A stretch of DNA of 64,000 nt, from contig CAUVLQ010000007.1 of assembly GCA_963552955.1 (NCBI GenBank), forward strand, positions 1,200 to 65,199, read 5' to 3'. Origin of the DNA: an uncultured bacterium (GTDB lineage Bacteria > Patescibacteriota > Gracilibacteria > Absconditabacterales > Absconditicoccaceae). A program made the translations under genes and the position numbers. A model generated the notes under the pieces. That model worked only from the letters and a program-made list of their open reading frames with translations. It was not told where the DNA came from and made no database searches. Every line of letters begins with the position of its first letter. The stretch's first letter is position 1. This document shows, in pieces, positions 1-11,137 of the stretch.

Positions 1-49
1 AAAATCATATTTTGAATTCGATACTTTTATATTCTCATGTATAATTATT

Positions 50-1714
50 ATGTCAGAAATGAAATTTAATGCGAATTTACCTTTGTGTGAACAAGAAAAA
101 CAAAATAATATTGTGAATAAAATTTCTGAAAATTCAGAGAGCACAGGAAGTGAGGTTTTTTTGATTTTATGATTTCTTGGAGCTGGGAAAACGACTTTGC
201 TCAAGGATTTGGCTGGATATTTGGCAAATCAGTGAGAGCAATTTAAAGTCATTGTAAATGATATTGGGAAATACAATATTGATGCTGAGAGATTGAAGGA
301 TTTTTCTCCGGTTGCTTTAACAGACTGATGTATTTGTTGTCAGGATTTAAGCTGATTGAAAAGTGCTTTGGAGGATTTGAAAGGTAGTAATGAAAAAATT
401 CTTATCGAACCTTCTGGAATCGCTGATGGGAAAGCTATCAAGAGAGTTATTGAGGAGTTAGGAATGCAGGGAAGAGTGATTACCCTAGTGAATGCTCAGT
501 CTTTCCCAACTATGTCGAAAGCTGAAGAACAGATTGCTTCTACACAGCTTTCTTTGGCGAATGTTATTGCGCTTACGCATCTTCCTACTGATAAAGAAAA
601 GAATCAAGAGTTAAGATCTCAGTTATCTCAGAAATATCCTCATCAGCCGGTTATTGAAGCGCCTTATACAACTAATAGTGAGGATTTTATGAAAGATGAT
701 AGTTCGTATGAAACTATTGTAAATCTTATGAGAAAACATTCTCAGCATAGTCATGCTGAGTGCGATCACGATCATGACCATGACCATCATGACCATCATC
801 ACGAGCATGACCACGAACATGACCACGAGCACAATCATCACGATGAACATGAACATAATCATCACCATCATCATGAACATTCAAAATTTTTTACAAAGAG
901 TATTGCTTTGTCGGAAGAGACTTCACTCGACCAGTTGAAGGGGCTTATTGCTCAGCTCGGTGAAGATGCGCTTCGTGTAAAGTGAGTTATTAAATACTGA
1001 CTTCAGGCTTTTGAATTTGATTATGTGAGAGGAGGTGAGTTAGAAATCTGAAATATGACGACACTTCAGCCTCATCTTAATGTTATTACTCAACGTTCTT
1101 TATCTCCAGAATTGATAGCTATGATTTCTTCGGGTTCAACTTCTTCTGAAAAACTTTCTTATGTTCCAGAAAAGAAAATTTACTCTCCAATAGAGGTTTC
1201 TGCAGCGGTTTCTGTTCTTTTGAACCAATATAAGGACTATATGAATATGTATAATGAAAAACTAGCTTTAGAGACTGAATATGCTAAAAATCAGGATTCT
1301 AAATTGGCTCAAGAGATTCAGCAGCTTGATATTGCTCTGGACAAGCTTTGAGATGATATGAAGTTTGATAATCCATTGATTTGGATTGGCTATAAGAGGC
1401 TTGCATATGCAAATAATTCTGAAAAAAAGGTAGAAACTATTTGAGAACTCAAAAAGCATTGTGAGAGAAAAACGGATATTTGCCACAAAAGATTAGATTT
1501 TTTGAATGAGCATCTCAAGTCAGACTTTTGAATTGATCTTTTTGATGAAAATCAGGTAAAAGCTGAGCAGTCTTTGGTTGATTTTATTAAGGAAAATGAG
1601 GCAATTAAAAAACTGAGTCAAGATGAGCAATTTATGACTCAGTGGCTTCAAAATGAGTATTTTCAGATTGATGGGAAAGTTGCAAAATGGCAGAACTATC
1701 AGTCTGTGCACTAA
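50..1714 (+). CDS. CobW/COG0523-type G3E P-loop GTPase (metallochaperone-like) with His-rich insert and long C-terminal extension
   Basis: With TGA=Gly, the unlisted N-terminal stretch 50-355 plus track ORFs 356-985 and 1055-1351 continue in one frame to TAA 1712-1714. Motifs: FLILGFLGAGKTTL (first G of GFLG is TGA 170-172), TDGCICCQ (G is TGA), IEPSGIADG. H/D/E-rich run about 755-880. Confidence 0.8.
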
Positions 1715-2463
1715 TAAGCTTCTACAAAGATATTTTTATATCCTCTTGCTCTTAAGTTTGTGAGGAATTCCTTGACCATAAGTGGTACTCAGCAGATATA
1801 AAATTCTGTTTCTGCTGGGAAATCAATATGATCGATGTTGATTCTTCCATATTCAAATCCCTCAACCTCTTCTCTAGAAATACTAATATGTGTTTCAGGA
1901 ATGTTGAGGTTTTTGATTTCTTCTACATAAAAAAGATCTTTTGCATAGGAAACTGAAAAGAAAAATCGTTTTTGGGATCAGCTTTTATCTTCTTTTGCCA
2001 TACGATAGCAAGGTGCTAATCCGCTTCCTGTTGAGAGGAATACTTTCGGATTTGTGGTATCTTTGAGGAGAAAGTGTCCTTTTCCTTCTTCGATTTGGAG
2101 TTCTGAGGCTTCTGGGAGCTGTTTTAGAATTTCTGATCCTTTCCCATTTTCAACGAGCTTGATCAAAAAAGTTAAAATGCTCACTTCTCCCTCAGTTTCT
2201 AGATTTGCCACAGAGTAGGCTCTTTTAATTGTTCCCTCATTGGTAGGGTAGTGGATAAATACTCGTGCTCAAGGTTGAAGTTCCATCTTGGAAGTTTGTA
2301 TTTTTAGTTCTATGATATGATCGTTTAGCATTTTTTTGCTGAGAATTTTTCCGTTTAGCATTTTTTTATTTGTATGAAATAAACGAGGATAATTGTAATT
2401 TTTTTTTGATTTTTTGCAAATGTTTGAGTGATAGATTATTTTGTAGTTTTTTATATTTGACAT
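1711..2463 (-). CDS. ferredoxin-NADP reductase-like FAD/NAD(P)-binding oxidoreductase
   Basis: ORFs 2269-2463 and 1978-2211 are in frame and join through TGA. Motifs: LQPG-ARVFIHYP, RAYSVA (RxYS FAD motif), FLSTGSGLAP (NAD-binding), YICGVPLMV (G is TGA). TAG stop 1711-1713 overlaps the convergent CobW stop. Confidence 0.7.
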
Positions 2464-2521
2464 TTCTTCATAAATGTGTATAATATATTTTATGCGGATT
2501 TATATTTTAATTATTAGAATA

Positions 2522-3499
2522 ATGAATATTAATCATTCTAGGGAATCTAAGAATACAATATCAGAGGTGCAGAATATTCCATTTAGCTCAATCGCTCTTT
2601 GACCTTCGGGGGAGAGAAACAGCCCTCAGGTTACAATTGATGAGCTTAAACAGGTCTACCTTGATTCAGTTGAAGCAAATATTCGTGTGATGGGGGTGAG
2701 AAATCCTGACTCTATACGTGTAAGTTTGTATCATGCTCAGAGTATTGAGAATATTTTTAGGATTGGAAGACAATACATTAGTCAGCCTGTTCATAAGGCT
2801 GAGTGAAGTTGTGGTATTAAACTTTCTAATTCTGGTAATTTTAAGTTTGATCCGGTTATTTCTTTTGATCCCCAAGCGTTCACAGATAAGCAAAGCCTTC
2901 TTGATGTTGTTTATCATGAAGCTTCTCATTTGGTGTTTCAGTGTGATTATCTTCTTAATAAAATTGATCAAGATTCATCTGGTCTTCCAGCGATCGAGAT
3001 CATTAATAATGCAATTAATCAGTATAATGGAGATGTTAATGCTAGATTTAAAACTGAGTTTTTTGCTCGTGTTGTTTCTGCTGATTATGTTCATAAGGAG
3101 GGGGAGAACTGAAGAAGAGTTTGGGAGGCAACGGGAACCTCACCTATTCAATGACAATCTACTGAATATAATGATTCAATCCTTTATGCTAAAGAGTTTA
3201 CTCATATGAAGATTCAGCTTTATAATCTTTTAGCTAGACAGTATGGAATGGATCCTAATAGGGAAAGAAATAGTCAATTGATTCCTGCTGCAGATCAGCT
3301 CTTTCAATCGTATCTTAGAGATCTTTTGCATATTTTTATGAGGGATGATTGTACCATGGAAAGGATCAAGGATCTTATAAATCATGCTTCTAGTATCTTG
3401 TCCCGTGTTGTGCAGAATCCTCACTGAACCTATGAGAAGTTTTATGCTGATTTTTCAGCTACTATAGGGTATTGAAATAGCTGAACTTTTAGCAGATAA
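2522..3499 (+). CDS. hypothetical protein with HExxH motif (possible zinc metallopeptidase)
   Basis: ATG 2522. One frame through ORFs 2930-3112 and 3206-3427 with several TGA=Gly, ending TAA 3497-3499. VVYHEASHLVF contains HExxH. No other recognisable family signature. Confidence 0.5.
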
Positions 3500-3680
3500 A
3501 AGGTAGTGTGCTCTTATATTATATGTATATTATCCGTTTCTATTCACTCGTTCCCTTGTATGTTTAATTCAGATTTCTTGAGAAAAATGCAATAAAAGAA
3601 AAAACTGAATATAAAAAAACGTTTGTTTTAGGGATAAAAATCGCTATAGATAATCAGAGTTTTTATTCTTTTGAAATGAG

Positions 3681-5126
3681 GTGATGGAGTATGTGATTAC
3701 GGTTGGGCTGGAGATTCATTTGAAACTAGCGACAGCGACCAAGATTTTTTGTCCCTGTAAAAATGAGCAAAATCTGGATGATAATCATCCAAATACAACA
3801 GTATGTCCAGTATGTACTGCGCAGCCTGGTGCTTTGCCGCAGTTGAGTGAAGAAGTTGTAAAAAAGGGATTGCTTTTAGGGAAAGCGCTCAAATGTGTGG
3901 TTCAAAATCCTTCATCATTTGATAGAAAGTCGTACTTTTATCCAGATTTGCCGATGGGATATCAGATTACGCAGTTTTATCGTCCGATCAATGTTAACGG
4001 TCAGCTTTCTTTTTTTTCTGAGACCTTTGATGAGGAGAGAACCGTAACGATTACTGACGCTCATCTGGAATGTGATACTGCTAAAGTATTGCATTATAAT
4101 GGTAAAATGTTGCTAGATTTTAACCGTGCAGGGACGCCATTGATAGAAATCGTAACGGGGCCAGATTTTCAGAGCGCTGATGAGGCTGTTGCTTTTGCAA
4201 AGGAGATTCAGAGGATCGCAAAATATAATCAGATTTCTGATGCAGATATGGAGAAGTGACAGATGAGAGTTGATGTAAATGTTTCGATTAGACCTTCACT
4301 TGATGCTCCGTTTGGAACGAGAGTTGAGCTGAAAAATATTAATTCATTTTCTGCGATCAAAAGAGCGATTGAAACTGAGGTAAAAAGACAGCTTGCATGC
4401 CGAGAAACAAATGAGCCAATCAATCAGGAGACAAGAAGACGAGATGATCTGAAAGGAATGTCCTTTACGATGAGGAGCAAGGAAGATGCGCTTGATTATA
4501 GATATTTTCCAGAGCCTGATTTGCCAGAGCTTCAGTTAAAAAAAGAGCTCTTGGATGAGGTGAATGCTAGTGATATCTTGCTTCCTTATGAAAAAATTAA
4601 AGAAATGAAATCTGATTTCGGTTTTCATAAGGAGTTTATCAATGTTTTGATCAATGATAAGGAAGTATTAGATTTTTTCTATGACTTGGTGAAAATGGGC
4701 TTTTGACCGAAGCTTGTAGCGAAGCGGATTGCAGGTCCGATCAGTGCCTATATGACTGCGAATGCAGTTGCGATCTCTGAATTAAAAATTGATAGGGAGC
4801 AGTTAATCAGCTTTTTTAAGCTTGCAGAAGAAGGTAAATTGATAGAAAATCAGTTGAAGATTTTGATGGATGAGTTGCTCAATCAGTGAGGTGATTTGCA
4901 GGAAATTATCAAGGAGAAAGGATTTGATGCTCCTCCTGTTAGTGAAGATGAGATTATTGAAGTTGCGAAGGGGGTTTTAGATGTGAATCCTCAGATTGTT
5001 GAGCAGTATAAAGGTGGAAAAGTTACAGTGATTGGGTTTTTTGTTGGGCAGGTGATGAAACAAACGCAATGAAAGGCGAATCCAAAGCAGATTCAGGAGA
5101 TTATGACAAGATTGTTGTCGGCTTAG
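3681..5126 (+). CDS. gatB: aspartyl/glutamyl-tRNA(Asn/Gln) amidotransferase subunit B
   Basis: VITVGLEIHLKL, CPVCTAQPGALP, FDRKSYFYPDLP, DMEK-G-QMRVDVNVS (G is TGA 4257-4259). C-terminal GatB/YqeY domain VIGFFVGQVMK. Four in-frame TGA. TAG stop 5124-5126. Start is GTG 3681 or ATG 3684. Confidence 0.95.
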
Positions 5127-5926
5127 TTATTTTGTTTTGTTTTTAGATAGTTGTCAGACTTGAGGAAGTCTGGCAATTTTTGTGTTGAGAGATATTCTTT
5201 TCAGATGGTTTTATCTCTGAAGGTTGCAGTTGAGAGAATTTTGATATTTTCTTGTGGGATCTTTTCTCAAGATGGGCAGATTTGTATTGTGGTTTGTCAG
5301 GTGTTTGAGAGAATGAAATAGCTATTGGTATTCGAGGTTTTTTCGCCTTCCCATTCTTTTAGTGTGAGGGTGTTATTTTGATCATAGGTTGCAATCGTCT
5401 TTTTTAGGCTATTGCTGTCTCATTCGATGGCGATGGTTGAAATTTTTACTTGTCCCATTTGATTTCATCATAATCATACCTTGTTTGCATAAAATGCGGG
5501 GATAATGATTGATTGTCCTCAGCTGAGTGTGATTAGCTTATCATTAGATGTGATTAGCTTATCATTAGAGCAGTTGTTTAGAGAATTTCAGAGTCAGATA
5601 ATCTTGAGATTAAGGCTAAAATCTGTACAAATTCAGTTTTCTTCTTTTTCTCTTTTACAGGTAAAGTTGTCTAGAATGCTCTTTTTATCTTCTTTCTCTA
5701 GAGTATAGTCAAAGTTTGCTTTTGTAGTGTTGATAAGGAGAAATCATACTTCAGCTCCAGCTTTTGCCAGATATGAGGCCTTTTGGTAGCTGGCGATATC
5801 TTCACTATATCTCAAAAAACCTCTCATTATCATACTGATCAAAAGCCCAATCAAGGAGCTTGCAAAGAGGACAAAAAGTGCGAGGAGAATGATATTACCT
5901 CTTGGATTAGTCAGTTGGTTTCTCAT
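5123..5926 (-). CDS. minor pilin/pseudopilin-like membrane protein, last gene of pilin operon
   Basis: ATG 5926 overlaps the end of the upstream pilin gene. N-terminal hydrophobic anchor RGNIILLALFVLFASSLIGLLISM (GspK/PilX style). Many in-frame TGA. Frame length checks out to TAA 5123-5125. Contains a perfect 2 x 21 bp tandem repeat at 5528-5569. Confidence 0.5.
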
Positions 5927-6656
5927 TTTTTACTGGAGAATAAATACTAGGAGTTGTTCACTGCAGTGAAACAAATGTTTGGAGTGGTAATACGACATTA
6001 TTGCTTCGTTGGCTCGGTGTATAATGTTTGCTCGTGAGTGTAATAAAGAGCCAAAAACCTGGTTTCCCTGCAGGTGGAAGTTTACTTATATTAGAATCTT
6101 GGTTTTCGATTTCATATATTTTCTGTAGATCTTGGTTAGAGATGAAAGGGATAATTTTAAACTGGGCTTGGCTAATATTGAATTTTTTGCTGTCTAGAAG
6201 CGTGATTGTCTCTCAGTTTTTTTTAAGTATGAGTTTGCAATTGGAATTTCTGATGGTTTTGAGTGTTTCTTCGTTTTCCACTGGGAGAAGTTCTGAAGAT
6301 AATCAGTTTTCTTTTTCCTTTCGGAGCTCAGAGGCTTGGAAACAAGTTCCGGTAGTGTTTATGGTTATTCCTTGATTTTTCTCATCTTTGAGGTGGAGTT
6401 CAGAGACGATTCCTCCTGATGATTGTAGATCAGAATAGCTATATTCTGGTTTTGAGTAATCGATTGTGTATGTCTGAGCGAGGTTTTCTAATACTTGTGT
6501 AAAAACAAGGGCTTCTTTTGCGATTTCTTTTTCCTGCTGGATACGATAGGAAATTCTAGAGATAGTGGTATAGGTTTGGAGAATAATCCCAGAAAGGAGT
6601 CAGAAAAGTCAGACTACAATCAGAATTTCAACGAGAGTAAATGCTTTATTTTTCAT
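5907..6656 (-). CDS. type IV pilin-like protein (prepilin-type N-terminal methylation motif)
   Basis: N-terminus MKNKAFTLVEILIVVGLFGLLSGIIL is the class III signal/methylation motif (the two G in VVGLFG are TGA). Frame is continuous 6656 to TAA 5907-5909. Confidence 0.75.
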
Positions 6657-6693
6657 AGGAATGTGAGGACTAAAGAAAATGGAAATCAGATTT

Positions 6694-7329
6694 TTATCTT
6701 TCTGAATCTCTAGGTCAGAGGAGGCTTTCTAGGATAACTTCTCCTGTGAAACTTCATCTTTTATAAATCACATGAGAACTGACTTTTAGAAGCTCTAAGT
6801 TTCCAATCTTGAGGGGAATAAATTCAATTCGTCTAGCATAGCCTTTGTTTGGAGTTTCGGTTGTTGCTTTATAGGTATAGGGAGTGAGGGTAATATTTTC
6901 TTGGGGTTTAAGTTTTGTGAGTTCAAGAGCAAAAGTTTTGAAATACTCATCAAAAGTATCAGCTGTGTATTCTCAGATTTCTGTCTTTTCTAGGAGATAA
7001 TAGGGATTTTGATCTTTATTGACTGAAAGTCCGATTTTGAAGGTGGTATTTCAGTCTTTTCAGAGAAACTCTTCTTTTCCTCACTCTTTATTTTGATTTT
7101 CAATTCGTGCGTAGTAGTCCCGAGGATAACCTTGTTCGAGATTACTATCTCTATGATGAAATGCAAGATCGATTCCTTCTTTTGCTAAAAGTGTAGCTCT
7201 TGTCTGCATATTGATGGTATCAAAGTTTTTGACGCTATTAGCCATGATCGAGAGAATCGCTAGGATTCCAACTCAGAAAATCACGATAACGATCAGAATT
7301 TCTATGAGGGTAAAAGCTTTTTTTCTCAT
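6694..7329 (-). CDS. type IV pilin-like protein (prepilin-type N-terminal methylation motif)
   Basis: N-terminus MRKKAFTLIEILIVIVIFGVGILAIL (G is TGA). 211 codons to TAA 6694-6696. Missing from the standard-code ORF track because of frequent TGA. Confidence 0.8.
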
Positions 7330-7536
7330 CAGAGGAATAGTTGTGTAAAATATAGATTATATATAGGTATTGTAAGCAAAAAATCAAATATATTATTGAT
7401 TGAATCAGATTTTCTCTTGATTTGTTGGTATGGTTTTATACCATTTCTTAGTAAGTCGATAGAAAAATAGGGAAAATCTGGATAAAATGGGAGTTTACCC
7501 TTTATAATAGTTCTTATTTCTAATATATCTTGTATC

Positions 7537-8259
7537 ATGAAGAAAATGCGTTCGCTAGCTGTGCTAGCACTCGTTATGGTAGCATTCTATTTCGTTGGAT
7601 GCAGTGCTTCAGATGAGCAAAATATTCAAGCTCCATCTAAGCCAATGGCTAGGTACAAAGCTCAGGAAGTGGTAAAGGAAACTTTGCCCCTCATTGATGC
7701 ATTTATAGATGCGCAATATCGCTATGCCTTGGGCAAAGATAGTATTCCCCTGTGGGATCAATATTTGATTAATCCCGAGCCAAATCTCAAGCAGAGAATA
7801 GACCATGCTGTCTATAACAGGAAAGGAGGTGCTGAAATACTCTCTTATTCTGGATATTTTAAAACGACTGAATATAGTAAAATATCATTTAAAAAAGATA
7901 GATGGGTACTCGATAATGTTGTTCTTTGGTATGAACTTCCTCAGGGAAAGCCGAGTAATCCAATTAGAGAGCAAGGTGGAATGAGCTATTGGTTTAGTGT
8001 CCAAAAAAATGCTCAAGGAGAATGGAAAATTCTCAGCTGGAGAGATGATGTGGATGTTTTGCCTGGCTCTGCGTGGGATTATCCAGAGATAGATGGAAAT
8101 GCTCCTAATGTTGATCGATCATCCTCGGCATCAGCAAGCTATTCTTCTTGATATGATTGTTATCTGGCTATTGAGAGTCCACTTTGGCACTGGAATAGCC
8201 AACGATTAGGTTTTGGTGTTGAGTGGAACTTGTTTTGATTTCCTTGAAGAATGTTTTAG
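7537..8259 (+). CDS. lipoprotein, copy 1 of tandem pair
   Basis: Signal peptide plus lipobox: MKKMRSLAVLALVMVAFYFVGC. The ORF continues past TGA 8149 to TAG 8257-8259. The extension is conserved in copy 2. Confidence 0.7.
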
Positions 8260-8382
8260 AAATCTTATTCTTCTCTTGAAGATATTGGGTAATTTTATTT
8301 CCTTATAAAAAGGTAGGGAAAATCTGCATAAAATGTGAGTTTACTGCTTGTAATAGTTCTTATCTCTAATATATTTTGTATC

Positions 8383-9108
8383 ATGATGAAAAAAGTGCGT
8401 TCGCTAGTAGTACTAGCACTCGTTATGGTAGCATCCTATTTCGTTGGATGTAGTGCTTCAGATGAGAAAAATCTCCAAGCTCCATCTAAGCCGATCGCTA
8501 AGTACACCTCTCAGGAGGTGATAAAGGAAACTTTGCCCCTTATTGATGCATTTGTAGAGGCTCAGTATAATTATGCCTTGGGCAAAGATAGTATTCCCCA
8601 GTGGGATCAGTATCTGGTCAGTCCCGAGCCAAACCTCAAGCAGAGAATAGATCGTGCCGTCTATCTCAGGAAAGGAGGTCCTGAAATGCTTTCTTATTCT
8701 GGACATTTCAAAGCTGTAGAGTATAGCAAGATTTTCTTTGAAAAGGATAGATGGATATTGGATGATGTTGTTCTTTGGTCTGAACTTCTTCAGGGAAATC
8801 CGAATAATCCCAGTAGGTCACAAGGCGGGATGAATTATTAGTTTAGTCTCAAAAAAAATGTTCAAGGGGAGTGGAAGATCCTTAGTTGGAGAGATGATGT
8901 TGATATCCTTCCTTATCCAAGATGGGACTATTGGGGAACAGATGAAAATGCACCCAAAGTTGAGCGATCATCCTCAGTATCTTCGAGAAATCTCTCTTGG
9001 TATGATCGTTATATGGTTATTGAGAGTTCGCGTTGGCACTGGAATAACCAACGATTAGGTTTTGGTATTGCGTGGAACTTGTTTTGATTCCCTTGAAGAA
9101 TATTTTAG
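8383..9108 (+). pseudogene. lipoprotein, copy 2 of tandem pair, interrupted by in-frame TAG (8839-8841)
   Basis: Collinear with 7537-8259 over the whole length. TAT-TAG-TTT aligns with TAT-TGG-TTT (Trp) of copy 1. The frame stays conserved for another 89 codons to TAG 9106-9108. Confidence 0.6.
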
Positions 9109-9168
9109 AAATCATATACTTGTATTCTGAATATGATTCTTTCTCTTTTATCTCAATCTAAAAAAAAG

Positions 9169-10500
9169 ATGAAAAATCTGATTTTTGTTTTATTTTTAGT
9201 CTTTGGGTTTACTTTTTCATTCACTTTTGCGCAATTTTCTGATAGTGAGCAGAGTCCCTATGCGAGTGCAATTGCTCAGTTGGCGAATCGTAATATTGTA
9301 AAGGGGTATCCAGATGGGACTTTTAAGCCTCAGCAGGCTATTACCCGTGCTGAGCTACTAAAGATTATTCTCTTGGCGGCGAATGTTGAGCTTTCAACTG
9401 GGCAAGAGAGTTGTTTCTCTGATGTTCCAAAGGAGGAGCGGTATGTAGATATCGTGTGTTCTGCAAAGGCGATGGGAATTGTGAAGTGATATGATGATTG
9501 AACCTTTAAGCCCAATCAGACAGTTACTTTTGTGGAAGGGCTGAAAATGGCGATTGAGGGATTTAAGGTGCAGACCAGAGATGTGAAATCAGATTTTTGG
9601 TATGCGAGGTATTTGGATTTTGTCCATCAGAACTGAATTTTCTCTCAATATGCTTATTATCCAGAGCAGAAGTTGACTCGTGAGATGATGGCGCATTTGG
9701 CGATCAAGCTTTTGGAGGGGCTTTCTGGCAGCTGGAATTATACTAGAAATGTGGAATCTCTTGGCTGTGGAAAATCTCAGCCTTCAACTCCTCCTTCTGC
9801 TGTTATGGTCAATGGAGTAGAGAGGCATTTTATCACTAGTGTTGGGAGAAGCTATTCCTCATCAAAACCCGCAAAGCTTGTATTTGCTTTTCATGGTCGC
9901 ACGAGTGATAATGCGAGTCTTGGATATTATGGGATAGAGGGGGCGTCTGATGGAAATGTGATTACGGTCTATCCTGCAGGTTTACCAGAAGAAGGACCTC
10001 AGAGAAATCGAAGAGATCCATGAGATAAAGTTTCAAATCTTAGGGATTATCAGCTTTTTGATGAGATAAGAAAACTGATTTCAGAGCAGTATTGTATTGA
10101 TCCAGGAGAAGTATATGTGGTTGGACATTCACTGGGAGGTTGGTTTACGAGTATGCTTGGATGTGCTAGGGCTGAGGCGATTCGCTGAGTTGGGATTGTA
10201 GCGGGAAGTCCAATGCGTTTTCCTACCTGTTTAGCTCCAACTCCTGCGATTATTTTTCATAATCCAAGTGATAATCTTGCCTCTTTTGCCTGAGGAGAGC
10301 AAATTCGTAATCAGTATCTCAAGCAGAACCAGTGTTGAGCTGATACGATAGTCTATGAGAATAGTTATGGGATGGAGTGTGTAAAGTATACAAGCTGTCT
10401 TCCAACTTCTCCTGTAGTGTTTTGCAAATATTCTGAGGGAAATCATATGCGGCCAAGTTGAGCAGAACAGTTGATGCGAAAATTTTGGAGTGAACAGTAA
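9169..10500 (+). CDS. secreted SLH-domain protein fused to PHB-depolymerase/LpqC-type esterase
   Basis: Signal peptide MKNLIFVLFLVFGFTFSFTFA. SLH-like repeats IVKGYPDGTFKP and VK-G-YDDGTFKP. Esterase part AFHGRT, VVGHSLGG (GxSxG nucleophile), EGNHM-CGG-PSG matching the GGGHtWPG motif. Alternative start 9133. Confidence 0.75.
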
Positions 10501-10612
10501 GATGATATCATGTGTATAAGGGAGAAAAAATCTGATTTTTCTCTCTTTTCTCTTGAAATAAAGCGGAATTCGGCTATAGTTTTGCTCACATTTTACTCAT
10601 GTAGAAAAGAGA

Positions 10613-11068
10613 ATGAACCATATAGGATGGCAGTTGAAAATTGCTGATATGCTCCAGACTAATGTTACTGATGAAATAGTAATTGAAAATGAGGATTTGG
10701 ATATGATAGCAGGGCTCTCAGAAGAGGGAATTTCAGCCAAAATTAGACTTCAATCTTTGTGAAAAGATGCTATTTTTGCTGTGATTGAGGAGCTTGAGTG
10801 TGAGATTACTGAGATTTGTGACAGTTGTGGAAAGGAATATCAGACAGCGGTAAGTGTTCAGGACTATAGTGCAAAATATGTCTTATCTGTTGATGAAGAT
10901 GAGCCTGAGGAAGAAGTGCTTTTGATTGATCAGAGAAATGGAATTATTGATCTTTGAGAGTTGGTGTATCATGCGATTAAAATGCAGGAGCCTTTTGTAA
11001 AGCTTTGTCCTGATTGTGAAAATAAGGAAATCTCTGATGATGATCAAGATTTGGAAGAACGGGAATAA
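10613..11068 (+). CDS. YceD/DUF177 family protein
   Basis: Acidic 151 aa protein with the paired Cys motifs CDSCGKEY ... LCPDCENKE and the IDL-G-ELVYHAI segment typical of DUF177. Two in-frame TGA. Confidence 0.7.
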
Positions 11069-11137
11069 AAATCTGATTTTTCTTTTTTGATATTAAAAAA
11101 TCCCTTATATAAGGGATTTTTTTCTGTTCTAAATTTA

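Larger units (their letters stand above)
7468..9118. repeat. tandem duplication (about 846 bp period) of lipoprotein gene plus its upstream region
   Basis: 7468-8270 and 8314-9118 align base by base, including the promoter-proximal tagggaaaatctg..ataaaatg..gagttta block and the 3' flank ccttgaagaat.ttttagaaatc. Confidence 0.85.

Noticed and set aside
623-938. Track ORFs 623-880 (-) and 753-938 (+) overlapping the His-rich tract
   Set aside because: They are alternative-frame read-throughs of the low-complexity CAT/CAC/GAC repeat inside the CobW-like gene. Their translations (M/I/V/T runs) are not protein-like.
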